64,000 nt of DNA from the human T2T-CHM13v2.0 reference genome, Homo sapiens (GCA_009914755.4 CP068257.2:41024001-41088000), one strand, 5' to 3'. Shown: positions 42,393 to 58,376, counted from the stretch's first letter. Made by a program: numbers and translations. Notes: a model not told the origin generated them from the letters alone.

Positions 42393-45300
42393 TAGTTATC
42401 TTGTTTGTCCAGGAATTGGAGCATTTCTAGGTAGCACCACAAATGTCTGTGCAAGAAACCCACAATTTCCAGTGGTCATTGGCTTTGTGCCAATCCAAAC
42501 TAGAGTCTGACAAACCCAGCAAGAAATATTCGCGGCAGCTGCAAGGAAGCTCCTCAAATAGAAATAGAAAAATGAACCAGGGTCTGCTCTTCCCTTCCGG
42601 GTGTGGAATCAACGGAAGCCGACTCAACACAGAGCCCTGGGGGCGTGAGGGGTTTGGCGGGATCTCTGCCGGCTGCAGATCTCTGCTCTGTTATTACCAG
42701 CCCTTCTGCCCAGCTCCTAATTGCTCTGAAGAGGGAATAATTTTCTCAGCAGCCATTGCCAGCCACATTTGGACTGAATAGATGCTGAAATGGCAAGGGT
42801 AAATGGGGCAGAGACAGTGAAAAGCCATTTTCTATCTGGAGCCCAAATAAAATCTTCCTCCCACACTCCTGCCTGGCTCCTCCGCAGCCTCAATGCCCTT
42901 CTGAGAGCTGCCTGCCCCAGTAGGAGGCCAGGCTGGGACCAAGGACACCCAGTTCTGGGTAACCATCTTCCCATGGCTCCTTGGACAACCACCTTAAAGA
43001 AGGGAAAGGCAAGAAGCAGAAGGAAAGCAGAGGCTGGACATTGGAATCAGCCTTTCTTTAAACTAAAAAAAAGTTTTCACATATGTGAATGCGTGTGTGA
43101 ATTTGAAGTCGTATGTGGAAGGGGCCATATATCCGTCAATGCATGCTCCAAAAATCAGAACTGATGGACGGCAAACAGCATCGGATGTGCAGCCAGCATT
43201 CTTCCGGCGGCCACCTCCCGGGGGAAATAGGTGCAGCAGACAGGACCGTCTGTGGGACGGGGACAGGCAAGCATGACAGCAGGTACCACAGATCAGGGTG
43301 CACAGACAGGGCTGGGGGAGGCAGCGTGGCACGGCACCCACTTCCCCTCGGCGTGTCTGGGCTGAAGCCCAGTGGACTCCCGCTGATCAGAAGGATCCTC
43401 CACTAGAAGGATCTCACTGGACGAGTCCCCTCCAAACTGGAACATGCAGGTGCCTTGGGCTTCATGCTGCACCTTTCAGATAAAAACACACAGGTGAGCT
43501 GGGAGAGCTGGAGTCCCATGGACCCCAGAGATCCAGGTCACGAGGAGGGGATCGCGCTGCACCAGGACACATTCACCAAGGTGAGCCCTGGTTCCTCCCC
43601 ACAGGCTGTGGGCAAGGAAGTGTCGATGCCAGGCTGGCTCAGTAGGTGGAAGAACCTTCCGGAATGCCTGCCCGCAGGCTGCTGCTGGCATCGAGTCTGT
43701 GTCCTATTTTCCATTCACTGCATGCATCCTCCAAGTATGATTTCCACTCGGAACCCTGAGCTGCCTCATCCCTCGCTCCGTCTCCCCTCCCTCCCGCCCA
43801 GCTCACACTGAAATCACGCCTCGCGTTCAGCGGCTGGAGTCCTGGTGGATTGCTGCTTCGGGGCTCTCAGAAATCCCTTTACTTGAGTCTTGGTTTTACA
43901 GGAAGACCATGAAGCACCCCCCAGGAGCTGGAGCTCCTCCTTCTGGACCCAGTGTCTCTTCTCAGCCTCACGACGAGGAGACCTGCTCATGGAGCTGCTG
44001 CGCCGGCCTGAGCTCTGATCCCTCCTCCGACCCAGCCTCACCCTGCAAGCAGCACCATGTGGGGCTCAGAATGGGGATCTTAAGGGACCCTTCCCACAAC
44101 CTCCCGATAAGCCTTTCCACGGAGGGCCCAAGCGGAGACAGGAGAACACTGTATTTGATAAAATAGAGTCAAATCCAGGAAAATGCCTCTGGACCCGGAA
44201 AGGAAACGACTCACCCCCCACCCATGAGAGACCCTTCTGTCCTGTCCCTTAACCCAGAGGCCCTGGGCATGGGTTTCGCAGCCCCCTGGAGGCCAGACCC
44301 TCAAACTCCAGCCTTGTTTCTTCTAAGTGTGCCAGTCAAGATGCTTCTCACTGCAAGAAACAGACTCTTTCTCAAGCCAGTTCAAGAAGATCTGCGTTGC
44401 TGCAGAGGCCGATGGGTGTGGGGAGCAGGCTCAGTGAGAGACTGTCGTAAGGAGGCTGAGAGGTCTTCAGAAAAATCCCCAGGACCTGGGGTGCCAGGAG
44501 CCTGGGCGGGCCTGGGCTCTCGCAGCCTGCAGCCCCTCCCCTCCCTCTCACAGCCTCCGCTGCCCCCGGGCTCAGGGCCCCTGCCTGTGCCTTCTCCTGA
44601 GGCTTCTCCTTTTTACCTCTCAGGGTCCCAGTGTGGCCAGCCCGGCACTAAACCCATGCGACCCTGGCTCACTGACAGTCGCCACCAGCTCCACATCTCT
44701 CAGTAAAAGTTCCCCCAAAAGAGTGTGATTGGGAGCTAGCCAGCGGGGCTTAAGGCAGCCCCCTGCTCCAGTCCCCTTGGCCATGGAGACAGGGCAGGGT
44801 TAGCAGGAGGCAAGGCATGCGCAGGACAGCTGGCCGGCAGAGGTCCCGTGTGCTGTCATGGGTGCAGGGTGGACACTGTGACCCTGGGTCCCCCACTTGG
44901 AAGGGGTGATCTAGAGGGACTTTTGTCAGAAAGACCCCCACCCAGCCAATCTGACTGATGGGGCCATCACCTTGACAACAGGCTTGGTGGCAAAGCAAGA
45001 GGGTACAACCGACCAGAGCCCCGGGTCCCCTGTGCCCTCCTGCACTGCCTGACAGGGCTGGGCCATGGCCCGTACCAACCGTGAGCTGAGCCAGGAATCC
45101 AGTCAAACCGTGTGCCTGAGTGACACGTAGCTCTCTTCCTTCTCTGGATTCACTGCTGATCAACCCCAACAAGCAGCAGGACTGTCTTGCTGTGAACCCA
45201 CCGCTTGCGGACCCCTCCCCAGGCCTCCATTCCCGCCTTTCTGAAGGTCAAGGCAGCGCCCTCCCCAAGAAACGGTGGGAACAGAGGAGCCAGGTGTTCG

Positions 45301-48300
45301 TTCTTCCCAGCTCCGGAAACGCTGCGGATTGCGCACTCGAGTTCCTGCTGACATAACAGTGGCTGCCAGACAAAATGTGGCGAAAAGTTTTTCTAGGTGC
45401 CTTTGTTCACTCAGAGACTTCCTAGAGACTTGTGTGAAAATCACAGGATTTGCAACCAGTGGGGACGTTGAGATTCGTGGCAACTGAAATGATACAAACT
45501 TGAACTTTGTGTCAAACCAGTAGTGTTTTGTGTAATTCTTTTCAAACCTGTCATTTCACTTACTGCTTCTCACAGCCCCAAGGGGCAGGTGGAGTTGATG
45601 CCATCAACCCTATTTACAGAATGGTAAACTGAGGCTCCCACTGGTTATGCGCTTGCCCACAGGGTTGAAAGAGAAGCCATGGACAAAAGGAGTCACTGGT
45701 TACCCAAAGGGCTTCCTGTTCTCAAATCCACTGCTCCTTCCATTACGTGGTGTCTAGAAGGAGGCTCTTTTGGATATAGACATTAAATAATCTGGGAGTC
45801 AGTGTATGCTGTGATCAAGCATGTGCGGTCCGCAGCCGATGGCCCAGGATGCAGTCCTGATGTACACTTCTGGCTGGGTGCGTGGGAGCCACACACATCT
45901 CTGTGTGCCTTGGTTTCCGTGTGTAAACATCTTAGACTAGTGCTTGCCTGTGGTTGGCACCTGGTAAGTGTCAGCCTTCTCTAATGTAGGCAGCTTGAGG
46001 GCTCCCAGACAGTGATGTTCCCGCTGACATTCCCAGGTCTCAGCTGATTATGAAGAGGCATCAATTTCCAGTGGGGGAGCCGCCCTCTGTCTCATCATTT
46101 GTTTCTCTCATCTTGCTTTAATATCACAGCACTGCCAGTCAAACCACACAAAAGGGTTTGTGATGACCTGCCGTGCATTCTCGTAAGCTCCAGCCCTGAC
46201 TCGCCTGCAAGCCAGAAGCCAACATAAAACTTTCGTTTTTCCCTTAATCTTGCTGCCTCTGCATCTCATTTTCAAATTTCATTTTATCAACTTTTTTTGC
46301 ACTATTTGTTTCTGGATAAAGGATTTGCAAAATTCTTCAGCATGTGGTCAGGAAGCCCTGTGGCCTCCTGACGAGGCAGCCTAGGGGTCCTCCCGTGGTC
46401 TGAAGCTGCAGCCGGGCTGGCCTCCCACAGTCAGGAGCAGCATCAGGCTGGGTGCTTCTGACACCAGCGAAGAGCGCGGCTGTCCAAGCCCCCATCCCTA
46501 GGGCTCACGCCTCATGCCCAAACTCGCACCCACTTTGGCGCCGCTGGAGACTAATGAACAGCAAAAGCTGAAGTCATGACTCTCATCCAGATCTAAAATG
46601 ACCGTGTGTCAAACATTTTTACTGAACTGATGAATCGAATGGGAACTGGTAAGAAGGTACGACCAGTTCAAAAGAGAAATCCAAGAACCCTAAATGTATA
46701 AGGAGTGAAGCAATGTTGAAATGGACTTACAAACGGATGCAGCTATATTCTCCAGTGGAGACAGCCAGTGCCAACTTTTGTGCTTATTCCAAATTTCCTG
46801 ACAGCCTCCCCACCTTTTTTCCAACATAATCTCAAAGAGAGATTATTCTGGATGGCAGAATAAGGCTGGTCCCCCTAGGTGTGGCATCCTTGCTTGCATA
46901 GAGGTGGCAAGAGTGCCACCATACCAAACAGGCCTTTTTCAGTTTGTTTTGCTGGAAGACCTCAGAAGATATCAGAAGCAAAAGCCTCTGTTGTTTGCTA
47001 TCCTAAGGTTAGGAAGCCAAGCATAAAAAGCTCTCCTCCAGATTTCACCGGCAGTACTTATAAATTTGATGAACCCCTCTCTTCTCAAGGCCCCCACGAT
47101 ATTCCAAAACCCTGGCCTGCCAGAGTAGAGCCTTTTTTCCCATCTTGGAGGCTGTGACCCTGAGAGCCCCTACCCTCCCCCAGGGGACTTTGTGGGCATG
47201 GACGTTGCACAGTCACCCTCGGCCCCTCAAGAGCGGTCACAGCCCAGCAAATGAGCGTCGTTCTCACGCACGTCTCTCAGGCTTAGGCTCGGTTGCATAA
47301 ACCTTCCCCAATTTTATCCTGGCAAGGAGGAGGACAGATCCTTCCGGAACCTTTGCAGATATTGCCACCAAAAGTAAAGCCTTCATAAAAGTTTGCATTT
47401 GGGGAGGAAGGAGAGCAGATGGTGAAAATCAGATATCACTTAAGAATTACTCATTTCAGTTTACAAAAAATCTAGGTCGTTAAAGGTGACTGATAGCTTA
47501 AGAAGACAGGGAAAGGGCTTCATAACAGAGCCGGAAAGTCCAACAGTACAACGACACGCATGATGCCAAAAAGTAAAGCGTTCCTCACTCATTCCACTCA
47601 GTGCTCCGTAACTGATTCTCCACTGGCTCCTGGGCTGCAGCCTCATGAAGCCAGCTGTTCCTCAACTGAAAAGAGCCCTGGAAGCCCTGGGCAGCCCACT
47701 GGCAGGGTCTGAATATCATCTGAGCGAGGCCATCAGAAGCTGTCCCCAGGAGTCTGTGCTTGGGGGTCAGTCATCGGAGGTGCTTACTGCGGTCCTTTTC
47801 CATGGGGCTCGAAGCTTCTGCATTGAATCACGAGCTCTGGCCTCCAGCCTGGTGCAGAACCTTCCAGGGGGCATTGGAGTAAAAGCTTCTGTAGATGACA
47901 GCTACCCCTTTTTTGGTCCATTTTATAGCAGAGGAAATTTAGGTTCAAAGAAGTTGAGTTGAGAGTCCCAGGAGTAAGAAGCAGTCAAGGATCCCCCCAG
48001 GCCTCCGGGGCCGCCTGGGCTGCCTGGCCTCACGACCTGGCCCCATGCTCCTGAGATGGAGAAGCCCCAGGCCCATGAGCCTGTTGCCCTTGGCAAAGCC
48101 ACTTCCCTTCTGAGTAAAGTCAGACGAGCCTGCCCAGTCCCAAGAGACTGCGATTCCGTAATCGCCCTCCCCTCGCCTTTTGAGGTCTTGCTGGTAGGTG
48201 CACCCCCTTCAAGCCAGCCCAAGGAGCCATGATTTGAGTCGGTCTTGCCAGATGTGTCTGGAGAGAATTTAACTCCAAGATCATCCCCCGTGCACTCTGA

Positions 48301-49469
48301 GGGGCTGGGACAGGATGTGGTGCCCTTTGTGCCCAGGAGGAGAAGCACCCAGTGGGGCGGGGTGGGGCGAGGACTTTATAAAGGCGTCATTTGCTGCGGC
48401 CACCCAGGTTGGAACACAGGGACCACAGGGCCCCCCGCCTTCTGCAGGACCACCCCGCTCATCTGAGGGAGACACTGTAGAAACACATCTTTGAGCAGTG
48501 GCTTCTAATCCAAGAAACCCAATAGAAGTCAAACGCAGATTCCTAGGGCCCAACCCGGACCCACTGCGTGGGAATCCCTCAGCCGGGGCCAGAAGCACGC
48601 TTTGAAGACACCAACCTCCTCAGCAAGCCTCTTGCAAACCACATCCTGCTTCTCCAGAAGCTGCAGATCCAGAATGTTCAAAGAAAGAGCCCTCCTTGCC
48701 TTCCTCTTCTTCCACCCCTGCCCTCTGCAGACTGGGGTTCTGTAGACCCCCAAAGTAAGTCCGCCACACCGGAAGGAAGTGAGTTACACAGGGGCCCACA
48801 TGGGAACCGCTTTTTGTCCTGTCTTGGTGGGAAAATGGCCACGACCCCAGCCCAGGCTCTGCCACGCCACAACTCCACGGGCATAGCCTGGGAGGCCGCA
48901 GCGTGAACTGTGACTAGGGCTGAGGATGGTGCCATGGTAGAAGTGAGGGCCTGGCACCCGGCCAAGTGCAGGACTCCTCGGCAGTGGGGTTGGGAGAAGC
49001 AGCCTCTGCAGGCGAGGCCAGGAACCAGGACACAGGAGGAGAAGCACATCTCAGAGGAGGGAGCTCTGGGAGGAGCCAGCAGAGTCCTGCAAAGGAGGAT
49101 GTGGGGGAAATGGGGTGAGGCCAAAGTGGGGGCTGCTGAAGGGGCTACTGCACCCGTGCGAGCAGGGCCAGGACCAAGCTGCATAGGCAGCCAGGGACAC
49201 AGCCGATGCCACAGACGTCAGGAACCACGCAATGACACAGGCCACCTTTGACCGACCGTTACCCCTGGGGCAAATACCAGTGGGGATAACGGGCAAGGAG
49301 AGGTGCTGTTTACTGTCTTATTGTTGCCAGTTCAGCAGCCCACAGGAAATGGTGTTAGTCACAGAAAAAAAAAATCTGTTTTCTATATTTCACTGTTTCC
49401 AAGTAAAGAAAAAAGAAAACTAATCTTAGCTTAAAAAAAAAAAAAATGGTGCGCTGGGCACCGAAAAAT

Positions 49470-50437
<968 letters not shown>

Positions 50438-50641
50438 TGAACACGACAATGACATTTTTCACCACCCGTATGCATCAACCAAATGAAAAGATGAGCCTGT
50501 GACATTCCCGTGCGTAGAGTTACAGCTTTTCTTTTCAAAACGAACCTTCAGTTTGGAGCCGAAGCGGAAGCACGTGGCGTCTGACGTCTCCAGGGAGACC
50601 CGCCGCCCTCGCTGCCGCCTCACCGCGCTTCTGTTTTGCAG

Positions 50642-50712
50642 GTAATCTTCAGCAAGTACTGCAACTCCAGCGACATCATGGACCTGTTCTGCATCGCCAC
50701 CGGCCTGCCTCG
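50642..50712 (+). CDS. Coding exon 2: [23 protein letters not shown](R)
   Basis: Acceptor 'cttctgttttgcag|GTAATC' and donor 'CCTCG|gtgagtgc'. 71 nt, enters phase 0 and leaves phase 2. The frame is continuous with exon 1 and no in-frame stop occurs. Confidence 0.8.
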
Positions 50713-50966
50713 GTGAGTGCGCGCTGCGGGCTCTGCCCGGTGACGCCACGCGGCCTCCTCGCCTTTTCGGGATGGCTGGGAGGGGCGGGAAGAGGCGCTG
50801 AAGGGCCCGAGGCACCGGCCTTCTACAAGGGGCTCTTCGAAATCAATCAATGCGCAGAATCCCGAGGGAGGCTCAGCCGCCCTCCGGGCCTCTCTGCCTC
50901 CACAGGTGATGGCTGTGTCCACAAGGAGGAAACCGTCGGGCTGAATTAAACAGAACCGCCCTCCTA

Positions 50967-51314
<348 letters not shown>

Positions 51315-52366
51315 TCATTCACTTTTGGAGAAAGCGGGGTGGTTGTGTGTGTTTGGTCCCCAGCCCCACATCACCCCATAGGTGCCTTTTCTACCCAGGG
51401 GGCTTGACCCAGATCAACACTGGGCGAAAGGCTGACTTCAGAAATGGGTTGAAAAGACCAGTGATCTGCCTTATCGAGTCCTCAGAGTCCCACAGGAGTT
51501 AATGTCCTAAATCAACAGTGTGTTCGAGCCAGTGAATTTTCTAATTATCAGCAAACTTTCCAAATGTAAAGGGTGAGCAGGAGTAGCTTTGGCTCAAGGA
51601 TTAACTTTAAAGTTAGGACGGAGGTGGAGAAGGGCAATTGAAGTTTCTCACAGACAGGTGAGAAAAGGGAGATGAAAGTACACGTCTGAAAGTGCAGCAA
51701 ATGGCAGTTTTAGCCGCAAAAATAGCCCATGGTCTGGGGCATCTTTGGGCACCATATATGAAGCAATGTGCCAATAAATAAATATATATACACAGTATTC
51801 CGTATAGCAGCCCTGGGATTTGAGTATCACCTCTATTTCACAGATTTTAACAATTTACAACTGAAGATCAGAGATTAACTTGGTCGAGGTAACACATCTT
51901 GCAAGAGGCCCCAAAACATGTGAGGTTGGAGGAAGACTCATCCTAAGCATTTAAAACTATTTTGTAGGAGAGACTTGCGCAGTTCAGACGGACTCCCAAA
52001 GGCACTGGAAGCGGAAAGACAAACTATGAGTTCGTCATCTGCTGATATAAATGTTAGTTCCTATTTTACCACAGTTTTTTAAAAAAAATCTCCCAACTCA
52101 ATAAAGTAGACTTGCTCCAATTCCCATTTTAAAGTATTTCAGCATCTACACGCACTTAGGATTATACGCAGCTGTTTAATTTCATTTACAATCGGAGTCT
52201 CAATGCCCTGGGGACGGCCTCCCACCCTTCCCATCCCACCACACCTTGGTCAGGCTGGTCCTGGGACTGTCCTGGTTGTCTCAGGGCTCTGGCCCCATGA
52301 GTACATTCAAGTGTACATCCCAGAGCACGCTATGGGCGAAAACACGGGCTTGGGTGTGTTTTCCAG

Positions 52367-52444
52367 GAACACGACCATCTCCCTGCTGACCACCGACGAC
52401 GCCATGGTCTCCATCGACCCCACCATGCCCGCGAATTCAGAACG
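52367..52444 (+). CDS. Coding exon 3: (R)[25 protein letters not shown](R)
   Basis: Acceptor 'ggtgtgttttccag|GAACACG' and donor 'GAACG|gtaagagg'. 78 nt, phase 2 in and phase 2 out. The carried-over CG plus G gives Arg, so frame continuity with exon 2 is exact. Confidence 0.8.
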
Positions 52445-53309
52445 GTAAGAGGCTCCGGCCGCGCTCCTCGGGGTGTGCCTGGCACTTCTCTCCATGACAT
52501 GGGAGGCTTTCTGTGATTTTGTAAATGTGCTACTGCAGAAAGGTGTGAATTGACAGCAGAGATGGAGAGCGAGGGTAGGAGCCAGTGTGAAGGAAGCTTG
52601 ACTCGTCGTGTTCCCCTGCAGAGGAGCTGGGCACGTTCCAAGATAACAATTGCAGCCGTGGCTCTGCACCTGCTTCTCAACGGGAGGAGGCATTGTACAG
52701 AGGGGAAACTGAGGCCCAGGAGGGTGAGCCAAGAGCTGCAGAGCCAGGCCCCGGGATCCCCACATTAACCCCAGGAAGGACCTCGGGAGATTCCCTACAG
52801 AGCCCCTGGGGACATTTCGTGTTTACCCACTTAGGGCCGGTCTCTGTGTTCATAAAGTGATGCCTGTGGGAGATTCTAAGCACAGAAGGGCCAGGGACAA
52901 GGGAGGCCCAGGAAGTCAAGAGGAGAGGCCGGTGAAAGCCTCCGTGAATGTCTGTGAACTAGGTCAAGCCAGCGGTGTATGGCCCAGGAAGGACGCGGAG
53001 CAGGGGCCCTCAGGTCAGTGACCTGCCCCTGTTCCTGGTGACCTGGGGAGACCCCAGCAGCCTCCACTGCTCTTTGTGGTTGGGCAAAGTGGAACTTAGA
53101 TTTCCTCATGAGGCGAGGGAGCAGGTGAGCTGGGGGCGGGGCGTGCGACCTCAGGACCCCTCTCTGGCGTCCTCTGTTCCTCCCAGAGTGGGGCTCACTG
53201 TGCCTCCAAGGGACTCAGTAGATGCGATGGTACACTTGTCAATCTGGTCATCAGGGTGTCCTGCCCAACTGACCCATGGCCAGCTCTGAGCCCACAGGAG
53301 AAAGTGCAT

Positions 53310-53700
53310 GTCAGGCAGACCCTTGTGTCAGTGAGGTCCCAGTGGGCGTGGCCAGCACCGTCCCCCTCAGTGAGGCCCCCCAGTGGACGTGGCCAGTGCT
53401 GCCTCCCTCAGTGAGGTCTCAGTGGACATGGCCAGAGCCGTCCCCCTCAGTGAGCGCTCAGTAGACATGGCCAGTGCCGTCCTCAGCGAGGTCCCCGTGG
53501 GTGTGGCCAGCGCCATCCCCCTCAGCGAGGTCCTCGTGGGTGTGGCCAGCACCATCCCACTCAGCGAGGTCCCAGTGGACATGGCCAGCGCCGCCCCCCT
53601 CAGTGAGGCTTCAGTGGGCATGGCCAGTGCCGTCCCCCTCAGCGAGGTCCCAGTGGACGTGTCCAGAGCTGTCCTGGTCAGCCGTCCTCCCTGTCACCTT
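53310..53700. repeat. 39-bp minisatellite, about 10 copies
   Basis: Unit 'cctcagtgaggtcccagtggacatggccagtgccgtccc' with variants; period measured at 39, 39, 39 and 38 bp. It stays open in several frames on both strands (ORFs 53383..53760 +, 53474..53800 +, 53367..53621 -) because 39 = 13 codons. Confidence 0.9.
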
Positions 53701-54289
53701 GAGGCCTCAGCCGAGCTCCTCTCATCTGGCTGTGCCCGTCAGTCTCCCCTCCTGCCCTAGCCAGGATGCCCGTCTCCTGCCCCACACAGTCTGGCTCTGA
53801 CTCTTGGCTTCCAGACTCCCCGGAAGGTGCAGTGCTAATTGGCTCCCCAGAGACTCCAGTAAGCATCTTGTCAGCCTCAGCACCAGCTCCAGCCTGGGGG
53901 GTCTCGCTCAGAAGCAAAGTCACTGAGTGACCTGTCCTCCTGACACCCACAAGACTAAAATGATCTCTCAGAGGGGACCTCACAGAAACCAGCACCTTGT
54001 CCATGCCAGCTGGGTATCTGAGAGAAACTGCTTTGTTTTCCTGAAGTCATTTGAAACAGCGTGCAGAGACATTTAAACTCGGCGGGAAATAGGAGAAGCC
54101 CACCTTGACCCTTCTAATTCTCTGGCCCCAGGTGCCTTATTAACAAGAGACAGTATCAGACACACCAGACAAAAGCCCTCCTGAGCCCAAAGAGCCCAAA
54201 TGTCTGGAAGCTCTCTGCTGAGATGCCAAAATGCATGCCTTTCTGATAAAGAGACAGAGACAGATGAGGTACCATGATATGGACATGGC

Positions 54290-54790
54290 AGTGGACGTGG
54301 ACAGGGGAGCAGTGGAGATGGAGAAGATGGAGACACACGCAGTTGAGGATACAGGCGAAGAAGATGGAGACACACGCGGATGAGGATACAGGCGAAGAAG
54401 ATGGAGACACACGCGGATGAGGATACAGGTGAAGAAGATGGAGACACACGCGGATGAGGATACAGGTGAAGAAGGTGGAGACAGACGCGGATGAGGATAC
54501 AGATGGAGAAGATGGAGGTAGACGCGGGTGAGGATACAGGTGGAGAAGATGGAGGTAGACGCGGGTGAGGATACAGGTGGAGAAGATGGAGGTAGACGCG
54601 GGTGAGGATACAGGTGGAGAAGATGGAGGTAGACGCGGATGAGGATACAGGTGGAGAAGATGGAGGTAGACGCGGATGAGGATACAGGTGGAGAAGATGG
54701 AGGTAGACGCGGATGAGGATACAGGTGGAGAAGATGGGGTTAGACGCGGATGAGGACACAGGTGGAGAAGAGGAAGTTAGACGCGGATGA
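54290..54790. repeat. 37-bp minisatellite, about 13 copies
   Basis: Unit 'gacgcgggtgaggatacaggtggagaagatggaggta'; period measured at 37 bp from recurrences of 'gacgcgggtg' at 54521, 54558 and 54595. Produces the 228-aa ORF 54073..54759 (-). Confidence 0.9.
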
Positions 54791-55394
54791 GGATATAGAT
54801 AGATGCATAGGGTGTGGATCTAACCGGGTACGGGTGATGTGGAAACGGATCTAGACAGCGATGTGGAAACGGATCTAGACAGCGATGTGGATGTGATCTA
54901 GATAATGTGGCTCTGGACGTAGAAAGAGCTTCAGATGCTCTATCTATGATCGTGGGTGTGGATATAGGCATAGACATGGTGAAGAGGAGAGAATAGACTC
55001 TCCTCTCTCATGACAAACTGATCGTGGCTGGGGGCGGCACGTGCTGAGATGTGGCTGTATTTGTCCCCCAGGCTGGTGCCTGCGCCTCCTGCACCCCCGT
55101 CTCCTTTGTGCCTTCTTCCATTCCCTCTGCCACTGTTAGGTCCAGGCCTCACTGAGCTCTGACCTCCCTGCCTCCAGCCTGCCTCTCCCACACGGCTGCC
55201 AGGTTCAACCTGGTAAGACACCTTCTTCTCCATGGTGGCCTCCCAATCTGGGCCCTGCCAACTTATGCCTCACCAACTTCTCCAACTTACCCCTGTACCC
55301 ACGCCCGCACCATGCCCAGCCCACAGGATCCTGCCTTCCCAGCTCTGCAGAACCAGCTTCTGCTTATCCGCTAGGTGCCAGCCCAGCCACCTGC

Positions 55395-56480
55395 CTTAAG
55401 CACCATCCGCAGTCACCCAGCCCATCACCATCACTAGCAAAGTCACCCAGACCCATCACCATCACCATCCAGAGTCACCCAGCCCTTCACTATCACCATC
55501 CAAAGTCACCAGCCCCATCACCATCACCATCCAGAGTCACCAGCCCCATCACCATCACCATTCAAAGTCACCCACCCCGATACCATCACCATCCAAAGTC
55601 ACCCAGACCTATCACCATCATCATCCAGAGTCACCAGCCCCTTCACCATCACCATCCAAAGTCACCAGCCCCTTTACCATCACCATCCAGAGTCACCCAG
55701 TCCCATCGCCATCACCATCCAGATTCACCCAGACCCATCACCATCTCCATCTAAAGTCACCCAGACCCATCACCATCACTATCCAAAGTCACGCATCCTG
55801 TCACTATCACCATCCAAAGTCACCAAGCCCCTTCACCATCACCATCCAAAGTCACCCAGTCCTATCACCATCACCATCCTAAGTTACCAGCCTTTCACCA
55901 TCACCATCAAAGTCACCAGCCCCATCATCGTCACCATCCTATCCAAAGTCATCCAGTACCACCACCATCCAAAATCACCCAGACACATCACCATCACCAT
56001 CCAAAGCCACCTAGCCCATCACCATCACTATCCAAAGTCATCTAGCACCATCACCATCCAAAGTCACCCAGACACATCACCATCACCATCCAAAGTTACC
56101 AGCCCCATCACCATCATCATCCAGAGTCACCCAGATCCATCACCATCACCATCCAAAGTCACTCAGCCCATCACCATCACTATCCAAAGTCACCAGCCTC
56201 TTCACCATCACTATCACCAGGCCCTTCACCATCATCCGAAGTCACCCAGACCCATGACCATCACCATCCAAAGTCTTCCAGACCCATCATCATCACCATT
56301 TGAGGTCACCCAGACCCATCACCATCACCATCCAAAGTCACCCAGCCCATCACCATCACTATCCAAAGTGACCAGCCCCTTTACCATCACTATCCAAAGT
56401 CACCCAGACCCATCACCATCACCACCCAAAGTCACCCAGCCCCTTCACCATCTCCATCCAAAGTCACCCAACCTGTCACC
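55395..56480. repeat. About 31-bp minisatellite, about 35 copies (about 1.1 kb)
   Basis: Unit 'catcaccatcaccatccaaagtcacccagcc' and variants (period 30-32 bp). Produces the His/Pro/Ser-rich ORF 56254..56532. Confidence 0.9.
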
Positions 56481-57712
56481 ATCAGCACATCACTGGCTTC
56501 CTCCCCTCAGTGTGCGCCTCAGTCTGAAGTGATCTCACTTACTTGTTTGAGGTTCTCACTGCTGCTGGCCCCGCTGGACGGTCTTCTCTCATAGGAAGGA
56601 AATTTCACCTTGCTCTCTGCTGGATTTCCAGCCCCTAAACGAGGCGGGGCATGCTGGGTGCAGGATGGAATGAGTTGGGGACGGAGTGAACCAGTCCAGC
56701 TCGTGCGTGCCTCCCCCTCTGCACTGCCCAGAGCAGTTTTTTTTTCTGGGGACGCAGGGCAACGTCTGGAGACATTTCTGGATGTCACCAGGGGTAAGGG
56801 CCTGCTACTTGTATCTGATGGGTGGAGACCCGGGATGCCGATGGCATCCTACAGCGCACAGGACAGGCCCACAACAATGACACACGTGGCCGGAGACATC
56901 AGCGGTGCTGAGGCGGAGCACCTGGTGACTGAGGTCTCCCCTGTGCTCTGTCGCTGTCCTCTCACCCTCCCCCAATCTTCCAACCTAGTAGTTCTCAGAC
57001 AACTGCGTCAGAATCCGCAGGGGGCTTGGTGGAGCACAGAGCTCCCCTCAGTCTCTGGTTTGTGACGGAGGTGGGCCCCGAGAATCTTTCTGCAGCAGAA
57101 AGCCAGGCTTTCTGCAGGTTCCCAGTGAGGAGGACGAGGCTGGCCCGGGACACGCCACTGATGCTCTTCTGACCCAGGGGCTTTTCTCTCCCGCTTCCGT
57201 CCCTCTTCCCTCGCCGGCAGGTGACGTTACTGGCCTTTTCTTTTTTGGCCCTGCCTCCCCCTTGGCTTCTCCCCTCTTCCTCTCCTCCACTCGGTGCCTG
57301 GTGACATGCGGCCATCCTCAGAGATGTGCTTCGGGGCCCGCACGCCTTGCTCCTCGCACTCTTCCTGCACCGGAGCCGCGGTGCGAGGCCTCGGGAATGC
57401 TCACCGTTTCTCTCCCGCCCCCCGGCCGCATGCTGCAGCCATTCCCTCACCACATGTCCAGGAGGGAGCCGGCATCCTTTGCTGACTCTCTTGCTGTGAC
57501 TATGGTGCTGCGTGGAAAAGGGGCCGTGGGAAGGCTGGGCAGGTGGCTGCTCAGAGCCCCACCTGACACGGTGACCCACGGGGCCTGGAAATTCACTGCC
57601 CCGATTTCCACACAGGTGCCTGAGCTCCTGCAGAGAATGCCTGAGAGCGAGACGCATGCCCGTCAATTTGTGCTTTCAGGCGTCCTAAGCACACACGCCT
57701 GCTCTTATTTGA

Positions 57713-58071
<359 letters not shown>

Positions 58072-58073
58072 TA

Positions 58074-58376
<303 letters not shown>

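Noticed and set aside
52400-52444. 'PTMPANSER' in exon 3 matches 'PTMPASER' in the C-terminal region of SynGAP-family RasGAPs
   Set aside because: A 7-of-8 residue match in a low-complexity stretch, at a completely different protein position (N-terminus versus near C-terminus) and with no surrounding similarity. It is most likely coincidence and insufficient to assign family or gene symbol.
53367-54759. ORFs of 84-228 aa over the 39-bp and 37-bp minisatellites, and 56254..56532 over the 31-bp array
   Set aside because: The periodic repeats give open frames on both strands and encode low-complexity iterated peptides. There is no splice or start evidence.
56995-57666. 223-aa minus-strand ORF and overlapping + ORFs near 57.0-57.7 kb
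   Set aside because: Arg/Gly/Ser-rich with random-looking composition in GC-rich unique sequence. No flanking splice consensus and no matching feature, so treated as chance ORFs.
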